A DNA stretch of 59,334 bases from assembly GCA_964348165.1 (NCBI GenBank), contig CAYGCC010000179.1:1-59334 (forward strand), in the 5' to 3' direction. The first letter of the stretch is position 1. Every line of letters starts with the position of its first letter. This document shows positions 44,756 to 54,715 of this stretch, piece by piece. A model generated the notes under the pieces. That model was not told the origin of the DNA, did no database searches, and saw only the letters and a list, made by a program, of their open reading frames with translations. Origin of the DNA: an uncultured Gemmatimonadota bacterium. Its GTDB lineage: Bacteria; Gemmatimonadota; Gemmatimonadetes; Palauibacterales; KS3-K002. The position numbers and the translations under genes are program-made.

Positions 44756-45438
44756 AGGAGATCGTCGCCGAAGCACGCGACCTGCACCGCGCTTACCAGC
44801 GAGGCGATACGCGGGTGCACGCCGTCCGCGGCATCGACCTGGCGATTCACGCCGCTGACTATGTTGTAGTGGTCGGCCCCAGCGGGTCGGGAAAGTCGAC
44901 GCTGCTCAACCTGCTGGGTGGGATCGACGTCCCCACATCGGGCAGCGTGCAGCTTCTCGGCCACGATACCGGCCAGCTCAGCGACCGGCGGCTAACCCGG
45001 CTCCGCCTGGAACGGGTCGGCTTCGTCTTTCAGCGCTTTCATCTGATACCGGCGCTCACGGCAACGGAGAACGTGGAGTTGCCGATGGCCGAGGCCGGCC
45101 TTGCTCGGATGCGCCGGCGCACCCGGGCGCGTGAGCTGCTCGAATACGTGGGGCTGGGCCACCGAATCGACCACCGACCGGGACAGTTGTCGGGCGGCGA
45201 GATGCAGAGGGTCGCCATCGCCCGGGCCCTCGCCAACGAACCCGCCATCATCCTGGCGGACGAGCCCACCGGTGAGCTGGACCGAGACACGGGGGCGGAG
45301 ATCGCCGAGCTGTTCAAGCGGCTCAACCGGGATGGCACGACCCTGGTGATCGTGACTCACGATTCGGCACTGGCCGAAGCGGCGACGGTGGTTCGAGAGA
45401 TGCGCGATGGCCGGCTCAGCAACTCGGATCCCCGATGA
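44752..45438 (+). CDS. ABC transporter ATP-binding protein (MacB/LolD type)
   Basis: Walker A GPSGSGKST, Q-loop, signature LSGGEMQRVAIARAL, and Walker B IILADEPTGELD. Confidence 0.95.
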   Translation: MKEIVAEARDLHRAYQRGDTRVHAVRGIDLAIHAADYVVVVGPSGSGKSTLLNLLGGIDVPTSGSVQLLGHDTGQLSDRRLTRLRLERVGFVFQRFHLIPALTATENVELPMAEAGLARMRRRTRARELLEYVGLGHRIDHRPGQLSGGEMQRVAIARALANEPAIILADEPTGELDRDTGAEIAELFKRLNRDGTTLVIVTHDSALAEAATVVREMRDGRLSNSDPR

Positions 45439-46916
45439 TCGGCCGCCTGGTTCTCCGCCACATCGCGTTGCACCCGATCCGCTCGATCGTCTTCGTCGGC
45501 GCCTACGCCTCAGGCGTCGCCGTCATGCTCGCCCTGCTCTCGATCGGTGAGGTGATGGTGGCGCAGTCACGGGACGAGAAGTGGGTGGGTGGTGGAGACG
45601 TCTCCGTGCTGCCCGCCGGAGTCGATCTGGAGACGCTGAGGACGGGCGGCGCCGTCTTTTTTGGTCTCGAGCAGGCCCGCTTCGTCGCCCGCTCGATACT
45701 GGACGGCCCCCGGCTCGCCCACGCGGTCGACGCCATCGCGCCCTGGATCGACGATCGCGCCGTCTATGTTCGGCGCGCCGGATCGGACGCCGCCGTCGCC
45801 GTTCGGGCCAGCGGTCAGATTCCTTCGACGGCCCGAACGTTAGGCGCGGCGCCCGAGGTCACGAGCGGTGATTGGCACGATAGTGAGGCCGACCGCCTCT
45901 GGCTTAGCCCCACGCCGTTCGAGCTCTACTCGGACATCGACCGCTTTCACCTGCCGCCCATCAGCGTCCGCGGCGATACCACCTGGGCCGAATGGCATTA
46001 CTTCAACTTGCTCTGGCCCGGTGAGGAGCGCTGGCTTTATCTCTCCTACATCCTCGGCGGCGATCTCTCGAGCGAGCGCTGGGGGGGCCTCGTGCTGGCA
46101 CGGCTCCGGACGCCTGACGGACACCACCGCTCTTTTTCCGACACCGTTCGTGCGGGCGAGATCGAGTTCTCCACGACATCTCCTGATTTGCGCTTGGGCG
46201 CTCACACCGTGGAGCTGCTCGACGGACCCGCTCGTTATCGAGTGCGGGCTGTTCTCCCGAGCTTCCAGGGGGGCTCGCGGCTGCAAATTGACCTGGAGAT
46301 CGAACCGGAGCGCCATCGCTATTTCCCGCCCGCCGAGCTGGCGTCGTCCGGCTCGTTTGTAAGCGGATACGTGGTTCCGGCGCTCCGCGCGCGGGCGCGG
46401 GGGACGCTCTGCTGGGACGCGCGCTGCTGGGACGTCGAAGAGACGCTCGCTTACCACGATCACAACTGGGGAACGTGGGGCGGTGTGCTCTGGGATTGGG
46501 GCGTGGCTCACGCGGGCGACTTGGACCTGCTGTACGGGGGCGTTCACGGCTCGGCGGTCGAGGAGGCGCGCCGTCGCGGCGCTCGCTTCCTCGTTTACGC
46601 GGTCGACTCGTCGGGCGTCGCCGCCGTCCTCGAGCCCGAGACGCTCGATTACTCTGGCTCTCGGGCGGTCGCCTTCAACGGCGAGTTCGTCCCGTTACCG
46701 GAGAAGCTGACCTGGACGGCGCGTCGTGGGGAAGACTCGTTGACCGCGGTCATCGACCTGCGACACATCGGTCTCTCGCGTCTGTCGCTCGGTGCCGACG
46801 CGGGCGTCTATTTCACTCAGGTGCAAGGAACGATGACGGTGGCGGGTCACCTGGGTTCCCGGGCCGTCTCGGCTCGAGGACCCGGGTTCTTCGAGACCTA
46901 CCTTCGCCGCCCGTAG
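45435..46916 (+). CDS. membrane-anchored protein: MacB-type TM1/periplasmic N-terminus fused to an AttH/CrtC-like lipocalin domain
   Basis: The N-terminus LRHIALHPIRSIVFVGAYASGVAVMLALLSIGE looks like the first TM of FtsX/MacB permeases. The C-terminal part (TWAEWHYFNLLW.., YHDHNWGTWGG) resembles the hydroxyneurosporene-synthase/AttH fold. Domain call is from memory and needs an HMM check. Confidence 0.55.
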   Translation: MIGRLVLRHIALHPIRSIVFVGAYASGVAVMLALLSIGEVMVAQSRDEKWVGGGDVSVLPAGVDLETLRTGGAVFFGLEQARFVARSILDGPRLAHAVDAIAPWIDDRAVYVRRAGSDAAVAVRASGQIPSTARTLGAAPEVTSGDWHDSEADRLWLSPTPFELYSDIDRFHLPPISVRGDTTWAEWHYFNLLWPGEERWLYLSYILGGDLSSERWGGLVLARLRTPDGHHRSFSDTVRAGEIEFSTTSPDLRLGAHTVELLDGPARYRVRAVLPSFQGGSRLQIDLEIEPERHRYFPPAELASSGSFVSGYVVPALRARARGTLCWDARCWDVEETLAYHDHNWGTWGGVLWDWGVAHAGDLDLLYGGVHGSAVEEARRRGARFLVYAVDSSGVAAVLEPETLDYSGSRAVAFNGEFVPLPEKLTWTARRGEDSLTAVIDLRHIGLSRLSLGADAGVYFTQVQGTMTVAGHLGSRAVSARGPGFFETYLRRP

Positions 46917-47047
46917 CTAGACCGTTTGCGCGGAAGCGCTTATCTTTACGCGACCTCAAGTCCACTAATGCTCCAAGAACAACCGCGCGTACGGCGGCCT
47001 AGTTCCTGGCCAGCCGTTGCGGCGGGATCCACTCAAGCACGGAGGAA

Positions 47048-48766
47048 ATGATGAGGACACGCCGCTATCCTCGGATCGCGGTACAAGCGGGAGTGCTGGC
47101 TCTGGCGCTGGCGGTGCCGACAGCGAACGGCCGAGCGCAGGTCGACACCGCACAAACGCAGCAGGCGCCGGCAGGCCAGCAACAGCCGGCGGCGCAGCAA
47201 ACGCCCCAGGTCGAGCCCGACCGGGCCGCGGTCACCCTGCGCGGTCGCACGCTTTTCTTTGTTCAGGAGAGAATCCTTTCCTTCACGCCTGAGGATCGCG
47301 CCAGGGCGATCGCCGAACGGCTCGAGAGGTTATACAAGGATCCCCTTTCCAGCCTAGAACCCGTGAACCTCGAAGAGGGCGAAAGCACAACCGACCTTGT
47401 CATCGGCGATCGCGTCATCATGAGCGTCACCGAGCGGGACGCCCGGGCCGCGGGTCGCTCGAGACAGGAGTTGGCCGCGGAGTATGCGGGAGTCATCGAA
47501 AGCACGCTGCAGGAGCTGCACAAGCAATACAGCCTCACCAGCCTAATGCTGGGCGCGCTCTACACGCTGCTCACCCTGGCAGCCGTTGCGGTCATCCTGT
47601 TCTTGTTCAGCAAGGTGTTCCCGCGAGTCTACGCCAAACTGGACGCCTGGCGTGACACGCGGATTCCCTCGCTCCGGATCCAGAAGCTCACGCTGGCATC
47701 TTCCTCCCGACTCACCGATCTGCTCATCTGGCTGGCGAAGGCCGTCCGGGTCGCGGCCACGGTCATAGTGCTTTACATCAGCCTACCGCTCGTGCTCGGC
47801 TTCTTCCCCTGGACCCGGGGCTACGCCGCTACCGTCTTTCGCTTCATCAGCACGCCCGTCGGCGCGGTCGTACGCGGCTTCGTCGCCTATCTGCCCAACC
47901 TGTTCTTCATCGCCGTCATCTTACTCGTCACCTACTACGTGATAAAGTTCACGAAGCTGATCTTCACCGAGATCGGCAAGGGAACGATATCACTCCCCGG
48001 CTTCTACACAGGGTGGGCACGGCCGACATTTAAGATCGTCCGGTTACTAATCATCGCTTTTACGGCCATCGCAATTTTCCCCTATCTACCCGGCGCGGGT
48101 TCCGACGCGTTCAAAGGCGTTTCGCTGTTCCTTGGCATTCTCTTTTCCCTCGGTTCGACAGGCGCCATCGCGAACCTCGTCGCCGGCGTCGTGCTCACCT
48201 ACACCCGCGCGTTCGAAATAGGTCACCGCGTCAAGATCTCCGATACGGTCGGCGACGTCACGGACCGAACACTGCTCGCCACATACGTGCGAACAACCAA
48301 AAACGTGGACATCACCGTGCCGAACGCCATGGTGCTGGGCAGCCACATCATCAACTACAGCACTTCGGCGCAGACCGGCCTCATTCTGCACACCGGCGTG
48401 ACGATCGGCTACGACGTACCGTGGAAGCAGGTGCACGAGCTGCTACTGGCGGCGGCGCGGGATACGGAGAACGTCGAGGAAGATCCCGCACCGTTCGTCC
48501 TGCAGACGAGCCTCGACGACTTCTATGTCAGCTACGAACTGAACGCCTACACCGATAAGCCTCAGCTCATGGCGAAGACCTACTCGGAGCTGCACCAGAA
48601 CATCCAGGACAAGTTTAGCGAGGCGGGTGTGGAGATCATGTCGCCGCACTTCTCGGCCGTGAGGGATGGGCACCAGGTGAACATCCCGCAGCAGTATCTG
48701 CCGAAGGACTACGCCGCGCCCGGATTCCGGTTCACCCCGCTGCAAAACCTGGTGCCGAAGAGCTGA
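47048..48766 (+). CDS. mechanosensitive ion channel family protein (MscS-like, large)
   Basis: 572-aa ORF with GGAGGAAATG upstream. It has a signal-like N-terminus, multiple TMs, and the MscS core GAIANLVAGVVLTYTRAFEIGHRVKISDTVGDVTDRTLLATYVRT. Confidence 0.9.
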   Translation: MMRTRRYPRIAVQAGVLALALAVPTANGRAQVDTAQTQQAPAGQQQPAAQQTPQVEPDRAAVTLRGRTLFFVQERILSFTPEDRARAIAERLERLYKDPLSSLEPVNLEEGESTTDLVIGDRVIMSVTERDARAAGRSRQELAAEYAGVIESTLQELHKQYSLTSLMLGALYTLLTLAAVAVILFLFSKVFPRVYAKLDAWRDTRIPSLRIQKLTLASSSRLTDLLIWLAKAVRVAATVIVLYISLPLVLGFFPWTRGYAATVFRFISTPVGAVVRGFVAYLPNLFFIAVILLVTYYVIKFTKLIFTEIGKGTISLPGFYTGWARPTFKIVRLLIIAFTAIAIFPYLPGAGSDAFKGVSLFLGILFSLGSTGAIANLVAGVVLTYTRAFEIGHRVKISDTVGDVTDRTLLATYVRTTKNVDITVPNAMVLGSHIINYSTSAQTGLILHTGVTIGYDVPWKQVHELLLAAARDTENVEEDPAPFVLQTSLDDFYVSYELNAYTDKPQLMAKTYSELHQNIQDKFSEAGVEIMSPHFSAVRDGHQVNIPQQYLPKDYAAPGFRFTPLQNLVPKS

Positions 48767-48844
48767 TCGGGCGAGGCTCAGCGCTCAATGCGATGCTCGG
48801 GCCTGGGCGTCGCCGACGCCCGGCCCGCAATAACTGGAGGATTC

Positions 48845-49765
48845 GTGGAAAACTTCGTTGACCGGTGGCTGTTCGACCCCACGGTGGGCAAGCTGCTCGC
48901 CGCCGTGCTCGGCTTGCTTGTCATCCACGTCGTCGTGCGCATCGCGCAACGGGCGATTACGCCACATATCAAAGACTCGGATGCACGCTATCGTACACGA
49001 AAGTTCGTCACCTTCATCGGCTACGCCGCCGGGTTGCTCTTGCTTGCCGCGGTGTTCAGCGACCGCCTCGGTCGCCTGACCGTCGCCTTCGGAGTCGCCG
49101 GCGCGGGCGTGGCGTTTGCCCTTCAAGAGGTGATCGCCAGCGTGGCCGGCTGGGTTGCGGTCAACTTCGCCGCCTTCTATCGCGTCGGCGATCGTGTCCA
49201 GCTCGGTGGCATCAAAGGCGACGTGATCGACATCGGTATACTGCGAACGACGCTGATGGAATGCGGACAATGGATCAACGCCGATCAGTACAACGGTCGC
49301 ATCGTCCGCGTCGCCAACAGCTTTGTTTTCAAGGACCCTGTGTTCAATTACTCAGGCGACTTCCCGTTCTTATGGGACGAGATCGTCGTTCCGGTGCGGT
49401 ATGGCAGCGATCCACGGCTGGCGCGCGAGCTGCTCACCCGGGCGGTCATCGAAGTCGTCGGAGAGTATGCCAGATCGGCCAAGGCAGGTTGGAAGGAGAT
49501 CGTCAACCGCTACCGGATCGAGGATGCGCGGATCGATCCCATGGTGACGCTGATTGCCAACGACAACTGGATGGAGTTCACGCTCCGCTACGTCGTGGAT
49601 TACAAGAAGCGCCGGACCACCAAGGACGAGCTGTGGCAGCGAGTACTCGAAGAGGTCGACCGGACTGGTGGCCGTGTCGCCCTGGCTTCTGCGACCTTCG
49701 AGATCGTGCAGACACCGGTGATCGATGTCCGTCTCGCGGACGGAACGACGGCCCGGGCCAGTTGA
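48845..49765 (+). CDS. mechanosensitive ion channel family protein (MscS-like, small)
   Basis: Start chosen at GTG 48845, 5 nt after TGGAGG. Core VAFALQEVIASVAGWVAVNFAAFYRVGDRVQLGGIKGDVIDIGILRTTL. Confidence 0.83.
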   Translation: MENFVDRWLFDPTVGKLLAAVLGLLVIHVVVRIAQRAITPHIKDSDARYRTRKFVTFIGYAAGLLLLAAVFSDRLGRLTVAFGVAGAGVAFALQEVIASVAGWVAVNFAAFYRVGDRVQLGGIKGDVIDIGILRTTLMECGQWINADQYNGRIVRVANSFVFKDPVFNYSGDFPFLWDEIVVPVRYGSDPRLARELLTRAVIEVVGEYARSAKAGWKEIVNRYRIEDARIDPMVTLIANDNWMEFTLRYVVDYKKRRTTKDELWQRVLEEVDRTGGRVALASATFEIVQTPVIDVRLADGTTARAS

Positions 49766-49797
49766 AGTCGACCGACGGGGAGGCCGTCACTCCACGG

Positions 49798-51153
49798 TTA
49801 CACGGTCGCGCGCTCAGGCGTAAGGCGGGACCGTTCTGCCGAGTCCCGGCGTTCACGCGCCAGCGCCACGGACAGCCCAAAGCCCAGCACGATGGCTCCG
49901 AGCACCGGAAGTGAGAAGGCCTGCATGAGCCTCCAGGCCGAGGACGACACCAGGACGAACGAGGCCAAAGCGGCCCAGAACAGCAAGCGTTCCGTGTCAG
50001 GCGATCCTTGTTTCGAGCGCAGGTAGTAGACCGCCACCGTGTACGGGAAGAGCAAGAACACGTAGTGGTTGATCCAGGAGATCGGCGACACGAACAGGGT
50101 GGCGATCCAGATCAGCGAGTACTCCAGCGACAGCGCAGGCCGGCCCCGATCGCTGAGCGACGTCCGACAGATCACTGCCAGGAACACGAGGATCGCCAGT
50201 ACCATCGCCTTGATGATTCGATCGGCCGTGCCCAGACTCAGCGAAAAGACGTTCAGGTAAAGGCTGCCCACGCCGCCGCGGCTCCAACGCGCCGGCACCT
50301 CGGTGAAGAAGCGGTGAAAGGCGGCGGCCAAAGACTGGTTGGTGTCCCGGAATCCTTGCAATCCCTCGGCGAGCGTGCCCTCTGCGATGAAGCCACTCAC
50401 GATGTCGTACCAACCCACCATGATCTCGCTGAAGTTGGCGGGGCCGAAGACAAGTGGCGGTATCAGCAGCCAGCAGAAGATCACTGCCAGCCCGGCGCCC
50501 ACCACGACGCGGTAGGCCCTCTTATACAGGAAGTAAAGGACGAATAGCCCCGGCGTCAGCTTGAGCGCCGTGGCCACCCCCAACAATCCCCCCGCGGCGA
50601 GGTCGGCCCGTTGTCGAAAGGCGTAAAGGGCAAGGCAGACGACGAACAGCGTGACGGTGTTGACCTGAGCCGTCTCCAGATTACTCCCGATGATCCCGGC
50701 GGTCAGCAGCAGCGGGACGACCACCAAAGCCCGGTCCCGACGCACCTTTGCCGGTCCGCCAACGGTGACAGCGCACAGATAAGCCGAGCCCACGGCCAGC
50801 CCCAGGCTCAGCCAGAACCAGAGCGACGCCCCGATGATAGTGGGTAGCGGGACCAGCGGCGCGAACAGCAGGCTAAAGAAAGGCGGATACTTGGTGATCG
50901 TGTAGTCGGCCGGATACTCCCTGTACACGTTGAGCTTGGCGTACACCAAATCCCGGCTGAACCGCACGAAATCGTCGTACTGCGAACCGTGGCCGTTGAC
51001 TGCCCGGCGGACCATGTTGTACCAGAGAAAAGCGACCAGCAGCACGAGCAGGACGGCGTAGATCCGCTTTGCGGTCGGCGAGCGGAGCATTTGGCCGATC
51101 CGACCATCGCTCCAGCCTCCGGCGCTGCCGTTCACTTCACGCTCTAGCGCCAA
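49798..51153 (-). CDS. polytopic membrane glycosyltransferase, GT87/DUF2029-like
   Basis: 451-aa ORF with a TTG start 4 nt after GGAGG. It has about 10 TM segments and an early motif YPPFFSLLFAPL typical of DUF2029 mannosyltransferase-like proteins. Family assignment is from memory. Confidence 0.7.
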   Translation of the reverse strand: MALEREVNGSAGGWSDGRIGQMLRSPTAKRIYAVLLVLLVAFLWYNMVRRAVNGHGSQYDDFVRFSRDLVYAKLNVYREYPADYTITKYPPFFSLLFAPLVPLPTIIGASLWFWLSLGLAVGSAYLCAVTVGGPAKVRRDRALVVVPLLLTAGIIGSNLETAQVNTVTLFVVCLALYAFRQRADLAAGGLLGVATALKLTPGLFVLYFLYKRAYRVVVGAGLAVIFCWLLIPPLVFGPANFSEIMVGWYDIVSGFIAEGTLAEGLQGFRDTNQSLAAAFHRFFTEVPARWSRGGVGSLYLNVFSLSLGTADRIIKAMVLAILVFLAVICRTSLSDRGRPALSLEYSLIWIATLFVSPISWINHYVFLLFPYTVAVYYLRSKQGSPDTERLLFWAALASFVLVSSSAWRLMQAFSLPVLGAIVLGFGLSVALARERRDSAERSRLTPERATV

Positions 51154-51341
51154 CTATCCTCCGGACCGGCATCGCCCGACGCCGAAGTCTGTTAGCATCA
51201 GATCGATCTCGCCTCCGCACCGGGCGCTGGAGTATTCCGAGGTTCGCCCGGAGACCGTAGATTGCCGACGCGGCGACGCCCGCCTGCAGCTGGCGGGAGA
51301 TTGCCGTCTGTGTCTGCCTTCGCCAAAGACAGGAAAAGATA

Positions 51342-51833
51342 ATGCGCTATCCTCTCGCTGGAAGGGAAACGCTGGCGGCGCTGACGACGGGGGGCGGCCT
51401 TTTTGCCGGTGCTCTCGGCCTCGCCAAGGCCGCCGCCAAGCGGGCCGTGGGGCCGCTGGCGGTTCCGCTGGCGATCGGCGGCGGCCTGATGTGGCTGGGA
51501 CGCAGCCTGGGCGATGCTTTCGTCGAGATCGGCGACACTGACATGCGGATCAAGCTCGGGCCGTTGTTCGACGAGACGATCCCGCTGACCGACGTGGCTC
51601 GGGTCCGAGAGACCGAGTGGAGTATCCTGGGAGGTCTCGGCGTGCGAACCAACCTGAGCAACATGGTCGCCGTCGTAACGAAAGCAGGCCCCGTGGCGGA
51701 GATATCCTTCTGGCGGCCGTTAAGCCTCCCGGTCATCCCGCGCGTCTATCACGTGCGGGCGCAGCGCCTGCTGGTCAGCCCACAGCAGCTGGCGACCTTC
51801 ATCGAAGACCTTCGCGGCCGGCTGCGATCCTAG
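51342..51833 (+). CDS. hypothetical membrane protein
   Basis: 163-aa ORF with two N-terminal hydrophobic segments and then a soluble beta-rich part. No family recognised. Confidence 0.5.
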   Translation: MRYPLAGRETLAALTTGGGLFAGALGLAKAAAKRAVGPLAVPLAIGGGLMWLGRSLGDAFVEIGDTDMRIKLGPLFDETIPLTDVARVRETEWSILGGLGVRTNLSNMVAVVTKAGPVAEISFWRPLSLPVIPRVYHVRAQRLLVSPQQLATFIEDLRGRLRS

Positions 51834-51916
51834 CCGCAGTGTGTCGGTCGCCTCTCGTCGACACAGCACCTCCAGAATCTCCAGGCGAAGGCGTGTCGTC
51901 CCGGCGCCGGACCAGC

Positions 51917-52906
51917 TCATTCAACAGCCGGCCGCTCCCCCTCGCCGAGCCCGATCAGGCGCGTCTGCACCCGGTCCAGAACTCGCTCCGCCCGGCTCAG
52001 GTTCGTAAGAGAATGACGCGCCTGCCTCGCGGCCCTGGCGAGCTCGGAACCCAGTTCCGTCAGATCCGACTGTAGATGACCGAGGTGGTCGAGCAGTTCG
52101 CGGGCGCTCTCCTGCAGCCGAAATCCCGACATCCCCAGTCGCACCACGGTCAGATAGGCATAGAGCGTGTTCGGTGAGACCGGCACCACCCGCTTGCATA
52201 GCGCGTAACGTACCAGCGGCTCGCCGTCGAGTTCGAAGCCGTCCAGCGCCAGCTCGTGAAAGATCGACTCCGACGGGATATACATGAAGGCGACGTCCAG
52301 CGACCCATCGTCCGGCGACAGATATTTGGCCGCGACGTCATCGACATGGCGGCGCACGTCACGGGCGAAGGCCCGATGCGCCGCAGCCACGCCGGGATCC
52401 GACGATCGTCGCAGATCGAGATAACGACGAAAGTTGTCGAGCGGGAACTTGGCGTCGATGGCGAGAAGCCGACCATCGCCGAGGAAGACGGCGGCATCGA
52501 CACGCACGCCCCTGCTCGGGAAAGTGTACTGTAGGGCGAAGCGATCCCGAGGCAGCACGTCGGCGATCGCTTCCTCGAGCAGCCGTTCGGCGAAAGCTCC
52601 GCGCAGCTGGGGCGGCTGCAAGATCTTCTGCAGCTCGTCGAGCCCCACACCGAGTCTCTCGACCTGCTGGGTGGCCTCCTGCAACCGCCCGATGCGCTGG
52701 CTCAACTCGTGAGCCTGCTGGAAATTCTCGCGCAACCGCTCGTCAACGCCCGACCGCAGGGCCTGGACTTCGCGCTGCAGCAACTGCAGCGAGGCGGGCG
52801 GGGTCTCCGCCATCCGCTTGAGCTCTCTTTCGGCCCGAGCCAGCCGCCAGACGAGCCAGACAGCGCCCAGTATCAACGCCGAGAGCAGCACCACCGACAC
52901 ATCCAT
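51917..52906 (-). CDS. rmuC: DNA recombination protein RmuC
   Basis: Start trimmed to ATG 52906, with GGGAGGGG 4 nt upstream. It has an N-terminal TM and coiled coil, then the RmuC nuclease-like core (IDAKFPLDNF.., VAFMYIPSESIFHEL). Confidence 0.88.
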   Translation of the reverse strand: MDVSVVLLSALILGAVWLVWRLARAERELKRMAETPPASLQLLQREVQALRSGVDERLRENFQQAHELSQRIGRLQEATQQVERLGVGLDELQKILQPPQLRGAFAERLLEEAIADVLPRDRFALQYTFPSRGVRVDAAVFLGDGRLLAIDAKFPLDNFRRYLDLRRSSDPGVAAAHRAFARDVRRHVDDVAAKYLSPDDGSLDVAFMYIPSESIFHELALDGFELDGEPLVRYALCKRVVPVSPNTLYAYLTVVRLGMSGFRLQESARELLDHLGHLQSDLTELGSELARAARQARHSLTNLSRAERVLDRVQTRLIGLGEGERPAVE

Positions 52907-53023
52907 CTGCCCCTCCCTGATGCAACCTGGCCGCACGGCGGCGCGCTGTAACGGATGTGAGGGGGATTGGAGCTGGAGTGCCGTTTAAGGGTATCGCCGG
53001 GCGGCCCGTGGTGGCAAGGACTC

Positions 53024-53063
53024 GCGGCGGAAGGCCGATTATAGCGGCGGAAGGCCGATTATA
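53024..53063. repeat. perfect 20-bp tandem duplication (GCGGCGGAAGGCCGATTATA x2)
   Basis: Read directly from the sequence. A third degenerate copy of the core (GAAGGCTGAT, 53071-53080) contains the ATG of the methyltransferase gene. Confidence 0.9.
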
Positions 53064-53078
53064 ATAGATTGAAGGCTG

Positions 53079-53927
53079 ATGGCCACCAAAGATACGACTC
53101 AGGATCCGCAGATGTCCGCCGAGGAGTTCTCCTTCAAGGCGTTCAGCGAGCACGCCTTCTACCGCAAGGTGAACGAATGTCTGGTGGATCGCGCCAAGCT
53201 GGAGCGCGGCTGGACGGTGGTCGACGTCGCCTGTGGCAGCGGGGCCGTCACCGAGCTGATCCTCGAGAAGATCCGCGGTGCGCGTGACGCGATGGTGATC
53301 GGCGTCGACATGTCCGCAACGGCGCTTCGAGACGCTCGGCAGAAGGTCGCCGGGGCCTACGATGCGGTCGTCGAGTTCGTCCAGGCTCGGGCTGAAGACC
53401 TTTCCCAGTCGATCAAGCGCGCGGCAGACGCCGTCGTCTTCTGCAACGGTATACACTATATCGAGGACAAGACCGGCCTGGTGAAGGAGGTTCACCGTAC
53501 GCTCCGCCCCGGCGGGGTCTTCGCCTTCAACACCGGCTTCTTCGAGGGTGCCCTGCCGCCGGAAACGATCGCCTACTACCGGCGCTGGATGATGAAGGCG
53601 CTGCGCCGGCTCAAGACCGAATACAACCTCCGGCCTTCGCGCGACAGGGTGGAGTCGCGAAACCAGCTGACACCAGACCAGTATCGCGAACTGCTCGTGG
53701 CCGCGGGGTTCGAGGTGAAGACTCAAGAGATCTTGCCGAGCGCGATCACCAAGGAAGGCTGGACGGACCTCAGCCGCTTTTCCGATTTCATCGCCGGCGC
53801 GCTCCCCGGCATACCGCTCAAGACGGCCAGCGACGTCCTAGTTACGTCACTACGCGAGACCTTCGACGAGCTCAAGGTCTCCGCCTGGCCGCGGAACTGG
53901 CTCACCGTGGTCGCGGCCCGGCGCTAG
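53079..53927 (+). CDS. class I SAM-dependent methyltransferase
   Basis: 282-aa ORF with motif I VVDVACGSGAVTELIL and post-I/II regions VFCNGIHYI and LRPGGVFAF. Confidence 0.88.
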   Translation: MATKDTTQDPQMSAEEFSFKAFSEHAFYRKVNECLVDRAKLERGWTVVDVACGSGAVTELILEKIRGARDAMVIGVDMSATALRDARQKVAGAYDAVVEFVQARAEDLSQSIKRAADAVVFCNGIHYIEDKTGLVKEVHRTLRPGGVFAFNTGFFEGALPPETIAYYRRWMMKALRRLKTEYNLRPSRDRVESRNQLTPDQYRELLVAAGFEVKTQEILPSAITKEGWTDLSRFSDFIAGALPGIPLKTASDVLVTSLRETFDELKVSAWPRNWLTVVAARR

Positions 53928-54047
53928 CTTCCCGTCTCGCTTGTCCTTAGGGCCGACAGGCACCCCAACTCACGTCAGAGGACCGGAATACTCCGCGCGC
54001 TGCCGGAGCGTTGGCAGGAGAGCTGGGGGCTGCGCGCGGTCGCAGCT

Positions 54048-54530
54048 TCAAGCCGCTGAGGTCTCGGGCATCGATCCGCAAAGCTTCTTCACCAGCTTCG
54101 GATCGTCCAGCAGTACCCGGGTGTGGGCGCCTCGATCTCGCACGGTCAGCACATCGCGCTCGGCCGAACCCAGAAAGAAATGAGGGACCGTTTCACCCGC
54201 CTTGAGGAAAAAGGCCACGGCCTCGAGCGCATCGACGAGCGAGTGGACGCGGAAGGACCGGGCCTTGCCCTTCAGCTCGGGATAGGCCGGGCCCTGGCAC
54301 GGTTCCTCCTTGAGATGTCGGTAAAGGCTGACGCAAATCGGATCGAAGTGCACGCTACCCGAGCCTGACAGCTCGAACTCACCGACCTCCAGAAGATAGG
54401 TGGCGCGGTCGGCCCGCTTCTCGAACACCAGCGCGGTGACCAGGTTGAAAAGCACACCGAAGAACTCGGCTTCGTTCAGATCGTAAATCTTGCCCCCCAG
54501 CTCCAGGCTGAAGCGCCGCGCAGATTCCAT
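54048..54530 (-). CDS. hypothetical protein
   Basis: Start trimmed to ATG 54530 (MESARRFSLELGGKIYDL..). 160 aa, with no recognisable domain. Confidence 0.45.
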   Translation of the reverse strand: MESARRFSLELGGKIYDLNEAEFFGVLFNLVTALVFEKRADRATYLLEVGEFELSGSGSVHFDPICVSLYRHLKEEPCQGPAYPELKGKARSFRVHSLVDALEAVAFFLKAGETVPHFFLGSAERDVLTVRDRGAHTRVLLDDPKLVKKLCGSMPETSAA

Positions 54531-54715
54531 GGAGCGCCCCCCAGCAGAGATGATCGTGCCAACCCCATCATAGGAGGCGGCGCGACAGCGGGCAACATAT
54601 CTTGTAAGGACGAGGGGAAGGGCGGCTTGCTGCCGGCAGGAACCGGCCCGCTCACGGCGACACGGGCTTCGACAGCGGGTCGCCCGGCACACTAAGCGCT
54701 AACGCCAACGCCGAT

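Noticed and set aside
51262-51320. Repeated AGATTGCCG (two copies) flanking a CCCGCC-tgcagct-GGCGGG hairpin upstream of the 51342 ORF
   Set aside because: It is only two short copies and a 6-bp stem, which is within chance expectation, and I can suggest no functional context.
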